NCBI RefSeq assembly: GCF_039912695.1
Contig: NZ_JBDSPJ010000022.1
Location: 246,522 to 310,521, forward strand
Length of the DNA stretch: 64,000 nt
Direction: 5' to 3'
DNA from: Pseudolysinimonas sp.
Lineage (GTDB): Bacteria; Actinomycetota; Actinomycetes; Actinomycetales; Microbacteriaceae
Made by a program: the position numbers and the translations under genes
Notes under the pieces: model-generated
Told to the model about the DNA's origin: nothing
Databases searched by the model: none
Seen by the model: only the letters and a program-made list of their open reading frames with translations
In this document: positions 1 through 9,646 of the stretch, in pieces
How the letters are laid out: each line of letters opens with the position of its first letter
How positions within the stretch are numbered: the stretch's first letter is position 1

Positions 1-1590
1 GTGAAAGGCGCGCGCCGCATCCCGGCCCCACTCGGTGCCGCGATGCCACTGCGGGATCATGGTGGCGGGAATCGTGTCGACGATACTCACCGGTGCTGGT
101 CGGGTGCGGGCGATCAGATCGCGGGTGCGTCGAAACCATTCCTCCTGCTCGTTGACGAGGTCGAGTACCTCGCGCAGACGAGCGGGGTCGAGCGTCCGGC
201 CTGAGATGCGTTCCAGTTCGGTGACGCTCGACGTGAGTTGGGCCGCGAGCAGGTCAAGCCGCTCCGGCTCAATGACTTCCTCCCACCCGTCGGCCATCAG
301 ATCCCACCACTCCAGCGGAAACTCCGCGCGTGACTCGATGGTTCGATCGAAAAGCAAAACTTCGGCGCCGGTGCGTTCGGCCCATTGTTCGAAGATGCCG
401 GCGACAGCATCCTCAGCCCGCATCGCCGAGAGGATCGCGGGGCGCGGAAGCCCCTCCCAGGGCAGAGGTTCCCCGACTCCGATCGCCTCGGCGAGCCCCT
501 GACTGTTGTAGGCCTGCTCTCGTGCGGGGAGGCCGGCGCGGGCGAGCGCTGCTTGATACGCGGCGGTGCTGCCTTTGGCTGCGACGATCGATGCCCACCA
601 CTGATTCACGACGAACGGGATGTCGAGCGCCCGGAGCACCTCCTGCGGTGCGTCGGCATTCACCACCGCGAACGGTTCGCCGCTCAGCGCCCGTTGCCGG
701 ATGCCGGCGAACCACTCCCTCTGATACTGCGAAAAACCGTCAGCAAAGGAGAGCAATTTGCGGGCACGCGGCCGCTCGGCGGGAGTGTCGGGCGACGGCT
801 TCGTGACCACCGTGGGCGTGCTCTCGCCGAGCGTGACGATCTGGAATTGATCGCCGAGTCGCAGGCGCAGCACCGAACGGAACCACACTGCCGAGTCAGA
901 GACGTCGCCCGCATCGAGCAGGATGACGGCGACCCCCGCCGCATGCGCGTGCTCGGCGATCGCCGCCACCCGAAGCTCGAGCGAGGCGCGCGAAGTCGTT
1001 GCAGCTCGCACCGCGTGGCGTTGGGCCATCGCTTCCCACGGGTCGCCGTTGTTATCGAGCGCGGGGGCGGGCGCTGCGCCGTAGCCTTGCTCGAGTTCTC
1101 TCCAGCGAATCGTGAAGGTGGCGGGCTCTGGAAGATCACGCGCGGGCCCGTCGAGCCCGACCAGTGCAGCCACCGGCCCATCAGCGATGGATGCCGCTGG
1201 CGCGGCCTCGGGATGCGCCAGTTCGGCCCGTAACCGATCGTCGGTGACCTCGAACCCGGAGATCTTCGCGAGTCGTTCAGCGAGGCTCCGCAACCGAGCC
1301 ACCGCGTACCTGTGCTGAGCCTCGCCATCCGATGCGGGCAAGTCGAGGAAGAGCAGCGCGGTCTCGCCCGCCCCCGCTCGGTAGCGGAGCCGATGGTAGG
1401 CCTGAGCGTCACTGTCGCGAAGGTGCGAAAAGACGATTGCCGCAACCGATGGATCGGTGCTTCGCCTTTCCGCGTCCGCGACCGTCACGTGCTCGGGTTC
1501 GAACCCCGCGGCCCGGATGAGCGCGACCGGGATGTCAACGCCCGTGACCAGAACCGTGACGCGCGCGCCCCGCGGCTCAGACGACTCCAT
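1..1590 (-). CDS. 2-hydroxyacyl-CoA dehydratase/BcrC/BadD/HgdB (HGD-D)-like protein, two tandem modules, no Cys; 3' end outside window
   Basis: Absent from the supplied ORF track because it runs off the window edge. Hand translation of the minus strand (codons at 3k+1..3k+3) has no stop from nt 1 to ATG 1590-1588, 530 codons. It reads MESSEPRGARVTVLVTGVDIPVALIRAAGFEPEHV...EPFAVVNADAPQEVLRALDIPFVVNQWWASIVAAK...IVDTIPATMIPQWHRGTEWGRDAARAFH. Third positions are G/C-rich. The start overlaps the CoA-transferase stop by 14 nt. The family call is from memory of HGD-D proteins. Confidence 0.5.
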   Translation of the reverse strand, partial: MESSEPRGARVTVLVTGVDIPVALIRAAGFEPEHVTVADAERRSTDPSVAAIVFSHLRDSDAQAYHRLRYRAGAGETALLFLDLPASDGEAQHRYAVARLRSLAERLAKISGFEVTDDRLRAELAHPEAAPAASIADGPVAALVGLDGPARDLPEPATFTIRWRELEQGYGAAPAPALDNNGDPWEAMAQRHAVRAATTSRASLELRVAAIAEHAHAAGVAVILLDAGDVSDSAVWFRSVLRLRLGDQFQIVTLGESTPTVVTKPSPDTPAERPRARKLLSFADGFSQYQREWFAGIRQRALSGEPFAVVNADAPQEVLRALDIPFVVNQWWASIVAAKGSTAAYQAALARAGLPAREQAYNSQGLAEAIGVGEPLPWEGLPRPAILSAMRAEDAVAGIFEQWAERTGAEVLLFDRTIESRAEFPLEWWDLMADGWEEVIEPERLDLLAAQLTSSVTELERISGRTLDPARLREVLDLVNEQEEWFRRTRDLIARTRPAPVSIVDTIPATMIPQWHRGTEWGRDAARAFH

Positions 1591-2809
1591 CACGCCGCAG
1601 CTCATCCGTCTGCGACGGGGAGTACCCCAGCAGACCCTGCAGAACGGTGTCGGTGTGGGCTCCCAGCGGGGCTGCCGGGATATCGAGCCCAGCCTTGCTT
1701 TCGCTGAAATGAATGGGCAGCCCCGACCCGAAGAGCTCGGTGTCGGTGTGGTACGACGGATGCTCAAGCTGCACAACGTCGCCGCGCCGGAGCACCTGGG
1801 GGTCGCGCACGGCCTCCGCCACGGAGCGGACGGGAGCCGCCGGCGCACCTTCGCGGGTGAAATCCGCCACCGCTTCCGTGACCGTTCGCCCGAGTGCCCA
1901 GCGCGCGATCATCCGGTGCAGTTCGTCGGCGTTCGCGACGCGCGCGTCTCGCGTCTGGAATCGAGCATCCACGCCCAGGTCGGGGCGGCCGATTGCCGCG
2001 AACACGGCGGCCGCGAACTGGTCGGTCGGGCCGCAGAGAGCGAACCAGCCGTCGGAGGCCCGGAAGGTGCCGAATGGCGCGAGCCGCGGCACCCAGTCTC
2101 CGGTGCGGATCGGCAACCCGAGTTCCTCGAACGCGTCGAAAGGTTCGCACGCGACGATGGAGGTGAGAGCGCCGAGCATGGAGACATCCACGTGCTGGCC
2201 TTGGCCCGAGCGCTGCACCTCGAGCAACGCCGACAGCACACCGATCACCGAGAACAGCGGGGCGGAGAGATCGCCGATGGGAAGTCCGAACCGAATCGGC
2301 GCGTCGCCCGGCTCACCCGCGGTCATCATGACCCCGCTCAGCGCCTGCACGATGGTGTCCATCGCTTTCCCGCCGTCGCTGTCGGTGCCGAAACCGGTGA
2401 TCGAGGCGTAGACAAGGCGCGGATTGACCGTCCGCAGCGAGCCATAGTCGATGCCGAGACGGCGCGTCACCCCGTCGCTGTAGTTTTCGACCAGCACGTC
2501 GGCGTGCTGCACGAGTTCATGAAGAATCTCAACGCCAGCGACCGTCTTCAGGTCGAGCGTCATGCTCTCCTTGTTACGGCCGCGCAACATCATCGATACC
2601 GACAGGTCCGACGGATCGAGCCGGGTCGCCGAAAGTCCGTCACGCGTGAGGAACGGCGAGTTCCCGCGCGAGCTGTCTCCGCCCCGGTGTGGGTTCTCGA
2701 TCTTGATCACCCGCGCCCCGAGCCCGCCGAGCAACAGGGTCGCGTATGGTCCCGCGAGCGCGGTGGTGAGGTCGAGGACCGTGATGCCCTCGAGCGGCTT
2801 GCCGGTCAT
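1577..2809 (-). CDS. Family III CoA-transferase (CaiB/BaiF/Frc type)
   Basis: 410-aa ORF. The N-terminus MTGKPLEGITVLDLTTALAGPYATLLLGGLGARVIKIENP and the length are typical of family III CoA-transferases. It overlaps both neighbouring genes. Confidence 0.85.
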   Translation of the reverse strand: MTGKPLEGITVLDLTTALAGPYATLLLGGLGARVIKIENPHRGGDSSRGNSPFLTRDGLSATRLDPSDLSVSMMLRGRNKESMTLDLKTVAGVEILHELVQHADVLVENYSDGVTRRLGIDYGSLRTVNPRLVYASITGFGTDSDGGKAMDTIVQALSGVMMTAGEPGDAPIRFGLPIGDLSAPLFSVIGVLSALLEVQRSGQGQHVDVSMLGALTSIVACEPFDAFEELGLPIRTGDWVPRLAPFGTFRASDGWFALCGPTDQFAAAVFAAIGRPDLGVDARFQTRDARVANADELHRMIARWALGRTVTEAVADFTREGAPAAPVRSVAEAVRDPQVLRRGDVVQLEHPSYHTDTELFGSGLPIHFSESKAGLDIPAAPLGAHTDTVLQGLLGYSPSQTDELRRDGVV

Positions 2810-3345
2810 CGCGTGCCCGCTCCCGGAGCCTTGGGAACGTCGCCGGCTCCGCGGCCCGCGCGATGTTCGGCCGCGAGCGCCTCAGCGTCGATATCGCCGA
2901 ACCAGCCACCTTGAATCGTCTCCGCAATCGTCGTGAGTGCCTCCTCGAAACGCACCCGGTCGTGGAATGTCAACCTCGACGTCGCCCGGTCCTGCAGCGC
3001 GTGCAGCGCCTGCCGCGCGTTGTGCAGGATGTCCCACCCGGCGTCGGTGAGCGACACGAGGCGAACCCGATCGTCGGTCGGATGCGGTTGCGACTCCACC
3101 ACACCGCGCGCGAGAAGTCCGGTCACCAGTTGGTGACTCGCTTGAGGAGTCATGAACGCACGGCGGGCGACCTGAGCCGACGACAGGGGTACGCCTTCGC
3201 CGAGCACCAGAAGCACGTTGAACTCCGCAACGGTGATCCCGGTCTCCCAGGCGATGTCCTCTCCTGCTCGCCCGAGTGCTCGGGCCAGACGCATGACGAC
3301 GTGGTAGAACTCCCGGCTGGCCGGGCCTGCGGCTTCCTGGCTCAT
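2806..3345 (-). CDS. MarR-family transcriptional regulator
   Basis: 179-aa ORF with a winged-helix segment: ITVAEFNVLLVLGEGVPLSSAQVARRAFMTPQASHQLVTGLLARGVVES...DDRVRLVSLTDAG. It has 4-nt overlaps on both sides. Confidence 0.85.
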   Translation of the reverse strand: MSQEAAGPASREFYHVVMRLARALGRAGEDIAWETGITVAEFNVLLVLGEGVPLSSAQVARRAFMTPQASHQLVTGLLARGVVESQPHPTDDRVRLVSLTDAGWDILHNARQALHALQDRATSRLTFHDRVRFEEALTTIAETIQGGWFGDIDAEALAAEHRAGRGAGDVPKAPGAGTR

Positions 3346-4217
3346 GATGAGTACACCTCCGAGACGATGCCGTCCGCCGGATCGGCGGTGCCTTCCTGCT
3401 CGGACAACCAGAGGCCGACCTCGCGGGCCAGCCGGGCCGGGCTCTCCCCCGCGATCATGTGCCCCTCATCCTCCCAAAACACGGCCTTCGCCCGGGGCAC
3501 ATTGACGATTCCGCGCAGCGACGAGAGGGGGCTGATCACCCCGTCGCGCATCCCCGCGAGAATGAGCGTCGGCACGTCGACAGTACGCAGAATCGCTGCG
3601 AGCTCCTCGTCGGTCGTCGCCTCGGGGAACGGTTTGCCCTGGTTGATCGCAGCCTCGGATTCGTCCTGTGCTGCCATTCGGGCGGCAACGTGCGCGTACA
3701 TGTGTTCTCGGCCTTCGAGTCGCGTCGGATCGTCAGTCCACCCCGCGAGAATCTCGAACTGCTGGCGGATCACCGCGGGATCGTGGCGGTTGGCCTGAAC
3801 GATCGCCCGGCCCGCCGAACTGGCGGTCCCGCCTTCCCGGTCGTGCGGAGTGCCGACCACCGAGATGAACCCCGCGAGTCGCTCCGGGTGACGCAGGGCG
3901 ATGTACCACCCGATGCCGCCGCCGTGCGAGACACCCGTGTAGTAGAAGCGTTCGACGCCGAGCGCGTCGGCAACCCGGCAGACGTCGTCGGCCCAGAGCG
4001 CGAGCCAGCCCTCGGGAGGGGTCTCGGTCACGCGGCTGGAGCGACCGTAGCCGCGCGCCTGCACCTGCACGACGCGGCGGGATGTCGGCGAGCTCGCCAG
4101 GATCTCGGGATAGCCGCCGCCCTCGAATCCCATCGCGCTCGAGAACATCGGGAGTCGCTCGTCTTCCCCGAAGGAGTCGTACCAGACTCGTGCACCGTCA
4201 ATTTCACAGGTGGGCAT
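3342..4217 (-). CDS. Alpha/beta-fold hydrolase
   Basis: ORF 3342..4277 trimmed to ATG 4217 (MPTCEIDGARVWYDSFG), because the upstream codons overlap the ATPase gene. Nucleophile elbow GVSHGG is followed by ALRHPERL. Confidence 0.8.
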   Translation of the reverse strand: MPTCEIDGARVWYDSFGEDERLPMFSSAMGFEGGGYPEILASSPTSRRVVQVQARGYGRSSRVTETPPEGWLALWADDVCRVADALGVERFYYTGVSHGGGIGWYIALRHPERLAGFISVVGTPHDREGGTASSAGRAIVQANRHDPAVIRQQFEILAGWTDDPTRLEGREHMYAHVAARMAAQDESEAAINQGKPFPEATTDEELAAILRTVDVPTLILAGMRDGVISPLSSLRGIVNVPRAKAVFWEDEGHMIAGESPARLAREVGLWLSEQEGTADPADGIVSEVYSS

Positions 4218-5022
4218 TGCTGGCCCCTTCCGTCTCGGGAGTGGTCGACGCTCGGCGATCGAGCCGTGGGGCGGCATCGATCAGGCGTCGGGTATACGGG
4301 TTAGTCGGGTCCGTGAGGATGGTCTCGGCCGGGCCACGCTCGACGATGCGGCCGTGCTGCAGAACGACGATCTCGTCGGAGATCTGGCGCACGACCGCGA
4401 GATCGTGGGAGACGAACAGCATCGCGAGGCCAAGTTCACGTTGCAACGAGGTCAGCAGGTTCATCACTTCGGCCTGTACCGACAGGTCAAGTGCGCTCAC
4501 CGGCTCGTCACACACGAGGAACCGCGGTGAGCTCATCAGCGCACGTGCCACGGCGATCCGTTGACGCTGTCCCCCCGAGAACTGTGCGGGATATCTCAGG
4601 GCGGCCACGGCATCCAGCCCCACCCGGGCGAGCAGCTCGAAGGCCCGAGTGCGGGCCGCGGCGCGGTCCATCCCGTGGGCGCGGGCCGGCTCGAGCAAGC
4701 TGTACCCGACGGTCTTTGTCGGGTCGAGCGAGCTGTACGGGTCTTGGAAGACCACTTGACGCTCTCGTCCCAGAGCCCGACGCTCGCGGGCACGCAGGTT
4801 GGCGATGACGTTGCCGTCGAACTCGACGGAGCCTTCCGCGGCGGGGACCAGGCCGAGCACCGCCATCCCGATCGTCGTCTTTCCGGAGCCCGACTCTCCG
4901 ACGAGCGCGAGAGTCCGTCCCGGGAAGATCTCGAACGACACCCCCTCGATGACCCGGCGACGGGTGCGGCCGGACCCGAAGTCCACGGCAAGGTCGGTGA
5001 CAGCGACAATGGGGGCGCTCAC
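4204..5022 (-). CDS. Peptide/nickel-type ABC transporter ATP-binding protein (DppF/OppF-like)
   Basis: ORF 4204..5124 trimmed to GTG 5022 (GTGA overlap with the upstream stop at 5019). Walker [10 protein letters not shown], signature FSGGQRQR, Walker B LVCDEPVSALD. Confidence 0.85.
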   Translation of the reverse strand: MSAPIVAVTDLAVDFGSGRTRRRVIEGVSFEIFPGRTLALVGESGSGKTTIGMAVLGLVPAAEGSVEFDGNVIANLRARERRALGRERQVVFQDPYSSLDPTKTVGYSLLEPARAHGMDRAAARTRAFELLARVGLDAVAALRYPAQFSGGQRQRIAVARALMSSPRFLVCDEPVSALDLSVQAEVMNLLTSLQRELGLAMLFVSHDLAVVRQISDEIVVLQHGRIVERGPAETILTDPTNPYTRRLIDAAPRLDRRASTTPETEGASNAHL

Positions 5023-6953
5023 GGTCGGCCACCTGCGGTGTCGGTGATGAGGGCGTCGATCCGGATGCATCGGCTGGTTCGTGCGGGACCGGCCTCGATG
5101 AGCGGAATGGGCGCCGCGCGGCACTCATCCACTGCCAGCGGGCAGCGAGCTGCGAAACGGCACCCGACCGGCCAGTCGGCAGGTGACGGCACGGTGCCGC
5201 CGATCGTCGGCAGCGTCTCGCCGCGGCGCGCACCGTGCGGGTTCGAGGCGAGAAGGGCTCGCGTGTAGGGATGCCTCGGCCGATCGAGCAGATCGTCGAC
5301 GCCCGCGGACTCGACGATTTGGCCGGCGTACATGACGAGGGCGCGACTGCACGTTTCTGCGACGACACCCCAGTCGTGAGTCACGAGCAGGATCGCCATT
5401 CCGGTTTCTTGCTGAACGGTACGAAGAAGAGTGAGCACCTCGGCTTGCACGGTGACGTCGAGAGCGGTCGTCGGTTCGTCGGCGATCAGCAACCGCGGCC
5501 GACCCGCGAGAGCGCGCGCGATGATGACCCGTTGCGCCATACCGCCAGAGATCTCGTGCGGGTAGCTGCGCAATACCCGTTCCGGTTCGCGAATCTTGAC
5601 CGCGGCGAGCAGCTCCAGGGCACGGCGGCGGGCCACTGCGCGGGAGCACCGATCGTGGTGGCGCACCGCCTCGATGAGCTGGCTGCCGACCCGGAATGTC
5701 GGGTCGAGGGAGGTGATGGGCTCCTGGGACACGTAGCCGATCCCCGACCCTCGGGTCGCGGCGAGGGCGCGAAGATCGCCAACCAGCTCGAGCCCGTCGA
5801 AGGTAATCGAGCCGCGGGTGATCCGGCCAGTCCCCCCGAGCAGACCGAGCACCGCGAGCGCAGTGACCGTCTTTCCGCTGCCCGACTCGCCGACCAGCCC
5901 GACAATCTCGCCGGGCGCAATGTCGAATGACACCGCATCCACGACGGTGAGCCCGGAATGCTCGCCGAAACCGATGCTCAGGTCGCGGACCGAAAGTAGC
6001 GGGCTGGCCACCGTCGGCACGACCGAGTCGACGGCGGCCGGCTTCTGAAACAGGTCGCGCGTTCGGATTGGCGCGGTGAAGCGTTCGGCGTTCGCGTCGC
6101 GGATGCCGTCGCCGAGCAGGCCCAGGGCGAGTGTGGCGACTGCGATCACGCCGCCGGTGGGGACGAACATCCACGGGTGGGTTGCGAGCACCTTCGAGGC
6201 GTCGGCGACCATCCCGCCCCAGGTCGGAGCTGGCGGGGGAGGACCGAACGCGAGGAACGACAGGCCCGTTTGGATGCCGAGCGTTGCTGCCGCGAACAGC
6301 GAGGTCTGCACCAGCACGACACCGGTCGCGTGCGGCAAGACGTGACGGGTCAAGATCTGGAACGGTCGCAGACCGGTGACCGTTGCGGCAGAGACGAAAA
6401 GTTCTTTCCGGGTCGCGAGCACCGCGCTTCTGAAAATACGGGCGAATGCCGCAGACGCCAGGACGCCGACGGTGATCATTGCTGCCGTCATACTGTTGGC
6501 GAAGATCGCCAGGGCGGCAAAGGTGATGATGATCGTCGGGACCGACATGACGATGTCGATGATCGACATGATCACGCGGTCGACCCGACCTCCCGCGTAC
6601 GCGGTGGTGATGCCCACCGGAAGCGCGATCACGAGCATGACAGCCACCGCCAGCGCGACGCCGCCGAGCGAGTCCCTGCCACCCCAGATGAGACGGCTGA
6701 GTAGGTCGCGCCCGAGAGAGTCTGTCCCGAGAAGGTGAACCCAGCTCGGACCCTGGCGGGTCGCCGCGGTGTCCTGGACGATTGGATCGTAGGGAGCGAT
6801 GAGCGGAGCGGCGATGGCGGCGACGACGAGCACGATCAGCACGACGAGTGCCGCGATCGCGACGGGCTTACGCAGCAGGGCCGCGGTAAACCCGGTGGAC
6901 GTGCGTCGGGCCGGGACAGCGAACGACCCGGTCTGCGCAGCAGCGGCTCTCAT
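5019..6953 (-). CDS. Fused ABC permease (DppC-like) and ATP-binding (DppD-like) protein
   Basis: ORF 5019..7520 trimmed to ATG 6953 (ATGA overlap with the upstream stop at 6950). The N-terminal half is a polytopic permease. The C-terminal half has Walker [10 protein letters not shown], signature ISGGMAQR and Walker [12 protein letters not shown]. Confidence 0.85.
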   Translation of the reverse strand: MRAAAAQTGSFAVPARRTSTGFTAALLRKPVAIAALVVLIVLVVAAIAAPLIAPYDPIVQDTAATRQGPSWVHLLGTDSLGRDLLSRLIWGGRDSLGGVALAVAVMLVIALPVGITTAYAGGRVDRVIMSIIDIVMSVPTIIITFAALAIFANSMTAAMITVGVLASAAFARIFRSAVLATRKELFVSAATVTGLRPFQILTRHVLPHATGVVLVQTSLFAAATLGIQTGLSFLAFGPPPPAPTWGGMVADASKVLATHPWMFVPTGGVIAVATLALGLLGDGIRDANAERFTAPIRTRDLFQKPAAVDSVVPTVASPLLSVRDLSIGFGEHSGLTVVDAVSFDIAPGEIVGLVGESGSGKTVTALAVLGLLGGTGRITRGSITFDGLELVGDLRALAATRGSGIGYVSQEPITSLDPTFRVGSQLIEAVRHHDRCSRAVARRRALELLAAVKIREPERVLRSYPHEISGGMAQRVIIARALAGRPRLLIADEPTTALDVTVQAEVLTLLRTVQQETGMAILLVTHDWGVVAETCSRALVMYAGQIVESAGVDDLLDRPRHPYTRALLASNPHGARRGETLPTIGGTVPSPADWPVGCRFAARCPLAVDECRAAPIPLIEAGPARTSRCIRIDALITDTAGGRP

Positions 6954-7894
6954 GAGACGACTCGCGCTTTCGGGTTGAGTACCCCGTAGGCAAGGTCGAC
7001 GAGCAAGTTGATGACAATCACAATCACGGCGAACACGACCCCTACGCCGAGCACGATGGGCAGGTCGTGCCGAAGGGTCGCCGAGGTCACCAGGGAGCCC
7101 AGCCCCGGGAGCACGAAAACGTTCTCGATGAACACCGCACCACTCAGAACGCTGACCGCGGTTAACCCCAACAGCGTCGTGGTCGGGACGGCCGCGTTGC
7201 GCAGCACGTGCAGCAGCAGGATGCGACGTTCCGAGAGCCCCGTCGCGCGCAGCACGCGGATGTAATCCCGAGCCAGGACGTCGCGTGCTGAGTCGCGCAT
7301 CTGCTTGGCGATGATGGTGATGCCGCCGATCGACAGGGCGATCACCGGCAGCACGAGAGAGAGAAGCCACCCGGTCGGCGAGACCGTGGGCGGAACGTAG
7401 CCGGTGGCCGGGAACACGCGCAGGGTGACGGCGAAGATGGCGACGAGCACAATCGCGATCCAGAAACCGGGGAGGGCGAAGCCCAGGAGGGACACGGCGT
7501 CGACCACCCGTCCGACCCATCCTTCCCTCACCGCGCTGAGCAGTCCCAAGGCGACGCCGAACACCGCGATGACGACGACTGACCCCACCATGAGCGAGAC
7601 CGTCACCCCGACGCGCAACCCGATGAGTTTCGCGACGGGTTCACCGCTGAAGATGGAGGTGCCCAGGTCTCCCCGGATGAGTCCGAACAGCCAATCGCCG
7701 TACTGCTCGTAGAGCGGGCGATTGAGGCCCAGCGACTCCCGGAGGCGTTGAAGCGCCTCCGGGGTCGCATGTTCACCGAGGATGGTCAACGCCGGGTCGC
7801 CCGGGACAAAGGACATCAGAACGAAGATCGCGAGGCTTGACACCACGATCAGCACCACTGACATCACTGCGCGGCGCGCTATGAGGATCAGCAT
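6950..7894 (-). CDS. ABC transporter permease (DppB-like)
   Basis: 314-aa polytopic ORF with the usual binding-protein-dependent permease layout (…ARDYIRVLRATGLSERRILLLHVLRNA…). Confidence 0.9.
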   Translation of the reverse strand: MLILIARRAVMSVVLIVVSSLAIFVLMSFVPGDPALTILGEHATPEALQRLRESLGLNRPLYEQYGDWLFGLIRGDLGTSIFSGEPVAKLIGLRVGVTVSLMVGSVVVIAVFGVALGLLSAVREGWVGRVVDAVSLLGFALPGFWIAIVLVAIFAVTLRVFPATGYVPPTVSPTGWLLSLVLPVIALSIGGITIIAKQMRDSARDVLARDYIRVLRATGLSERRILLLHVLRNAAVPTTTLLGLTAVSVLSGAVFIENVFVLPGLGSLVTSATLRHDLPIVLGVGVVFAVIVIVINLLVDLAYGVLNPKARVVS

Positions 7895-7940
7895 CCGTTG
7901 TCCTTATCTCTGGGCGACCCGGCGACGACGTTTCACCCGA

Positions 7941-9512
7941 TCAGCGCACCGGGTGCCAGGCGTGGTCGGCGTCAGGGCCGATCGGCATGGGCTGCGAGTT
8001 GATCGCCGAAATGGTGACGTTCGCGACCTTCGAGGACACCATGTAGACCGAGTCGGTCGCGACGATCGGGATGAAGAACCCGATCTCGTTCGAGCGCTTC
8101 GTGATGGCCTCTTGTGCCGCAAGGCGATCCTGGTCTGACCCGACGTTCGAGTCCTTGATGAGCGAGGCGAGTTGGTCATCCCCGACCTGGAACGCGTTGA
8201 GGAATCCGGGCCCGGTGATGTTGCTGGCCGGCTCCGACGCGCGCTGACCGACGATCGGCCACAGGGCGGCAGCGTACGACTTCGAGCCCGCGCTTCCGAT
8301 AAACGTGGGCACGGCCGCCTCTACCTGCAGCTGCACATCGATACCGATCTCGGAAAGGTGGGCGATCGCGGTCTGGGCAATCGTCGACTGAGAGTCGAGG
8401 ATGCTTTCCGACAGCAAGGTCATCGAGAAACCGTTCGGGAACGCCGACTTCGCCATGAGATCCTTGGCCTTCGCGAGATCGAAGTCGAACCCGTAGCCGT
8501 CAATGTATCCGGGTACGCCCGTGTTCGCGATCTGACCGCTCGCGTGGCTGTAGTCCGCACCGAGTGCGTTCACAACCGCGTCGCGGTCGATGGCGTAGCC
8601 GATCGCCTGGCGCACATTCTCGTCGGCGAGCGCCGGCACGAGGGTGCCATCCCGATCGAGGATCGTGATGCCCCAGTTGAAGAACGGCGCCTGGAGGATC
8701 TGCAGCCCCGCATCCGCCGCGGTCTTTGCGGTGTCGGGGTTCGCCGAGGCGAAGTCAACCTGACCTGTGGTCGCAGCAGAGACCACGGCCGTTGGATCCC
8801 CGATGACCTGCACGTCGATGCGTTCGTACTGCTGCGCGTCGGGATTCCAGTAGTCGGGGTTGCGGTCGTACACGTAGGTCGATTCAGCGACCGTCTCATC
8901 GGCGTTATAGATGTACTGACCCGTACCGTTCGGCTTGGTCAGCAGCGAACCCGGGTTGGCGACGCCCGCCGGCGCGATGATCAGGCCGATCATGTTGTAC
9001 TGCCCGAGCTTTTCGGGACCGGTCGGGAACGGGGTCGAATAGGTAACGACGACGGTCTGGGCATCCTTCGCCTCGACCGACGCGATGGGACCTGCATCGG
9101 CGAGCGAGGGCCCGCCCGCGGAGAGGAAGTACTTCATCGATCCGACGACGGCAGCGGCATCGAGATCGGTGCCGTCCTGGAATTTGACGCCGTCGCGAAT
9201 GGTGAGCTCGAGCTGCGTGTTGTTGTCGTCGATGAACTTCCAGTCTGTGGCGAGGTCAGGAAGGAGGTCACCGTTGCCCGCGGTGTAGATCAGCGGGTCG
9301 TAAGCGAGGTAGGTGAAAATGGTGCTTCCGCCCGTGCCGGCGAGCGCCGGGTTGAGGCTGATCGGAACGCCGCCGAACTGCGTCGTGAGCAAGGCTCCGC
9401 GCTCACTCGAGGGCGAGGGTGCTGGTGTTGTGCATGCTGATAGCGAGGTGAGGGCGATCGCGGCGGCCGCTACGGCGACAGCGAGCTTGACCACGCGAGA
9501 GGAATGTTTCAT
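7941..9512 (-). CDS. ABC transporter substrate-binding lipoprotein, family 5 (peptide/nickel type)
   Basis: ORF 7941..9530 trimmed to ATG 9512, which has AAGGAG 7 nt upstream. Signal peptide and lipobox: MKHSSRVVKLAVAVAAAAIALTSLSAC. The length fits family-5 binding proteins. Confidence 0.85.
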   Translation of the reverse strand: MKHSSRVVKLAVAVAAAAIALTSLSACTTPAPSPSSERGALLTTQFGGVPISLNPALAGTGGSTIFTYLAYDPLIYTAGNGDLLPDLATDWKFIDDNNTQLELTIRDGVKFQDGTDLDAAAVVGSMKYFLSAGGPSLADAGPIASVEAKDAQTVVVTYSTPFPTGPEKLGQYNMIGLIIAPAGVANPGSLLTKPNGTGQYIYNADETVAESTYVYDRNPDYWNPDAQQYERIDVQVIGDPTAVVSAATTGQVDFASANPDTAKTAADAGLQILQAPFFNWGITILDRDGTLVPALADENVRQAIGYAIDRDAVVNALGADYSHASGQIANTGVPGYIDGYGFDFDLAKAKDLMAKSAFPNGFSMTLLSESILDSQSTIAQTAIAHLSEIGIDVQLQVEAAVPTFIGSAGSKSYAAALWPIVGQRASEPASNITGPGFLNAFQVGDDQLASLIKDSNVGSDQDRLAAQEAITKRSNEIGFFIPIVATDSVYMVSSKVANVTISAINSQPMPIGPDADHAWHPVR

Positions 9513-9599
9513 GGGACTGCTCCTTTGCAAGAACCGAAATTTCCCGATTCACGGGCCGAGCGGCGGGGGTTGTAACTGCCGCTCGGTGACGAGGAACCT

Positions 9600-9614
9600 A
9601 TCAAGTAACCTGAT
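9600..9614. promoter_or_regulatory. Candidate operator ATCAAG-TAA-CCTGAT
   Basis: Inverted repeat in the divergent promoter region between the SBP gene (start 9512) and the 9647 gene. It matches the reverse complement of 13304-13318 at 14 of 15 positions. Confidence 0.45.
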
Positions 9615-9646
9615 AATCTGCAACTGACCCTCGGAAGAAGACAACG

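Noticed and set aside
385-1445. Track ORFs 385..1233 (+, 282 aa) and 684..1445 (-, 253 aa) as genes for the left end of the window.
   Set aside because: Both are Arg/Gly/Ser/Pro-rich shadow frames typical of GC-rich DNA. The third minus-strand frame is open across the whole region and gives a normal protein sequence (feature 1..1590).
6954-7520. The N-terminal 189 codons of ORF 5019..7520. The same applies to the 5' extensions of ORFs 3342..4277, 4204..5124, 12301..13326, 25321..26937, 28193..28951, 30738..33719, 39319..40611, 43184..43921 and 53024..54385.
   Set aside because: The extensions overlap the preceding gene and are R/P-rich. An internal start gives an ATGA/GTGA junction or a Shine-Dalgarno plus a sensible N-terminus (signal peptide or family-typical start).
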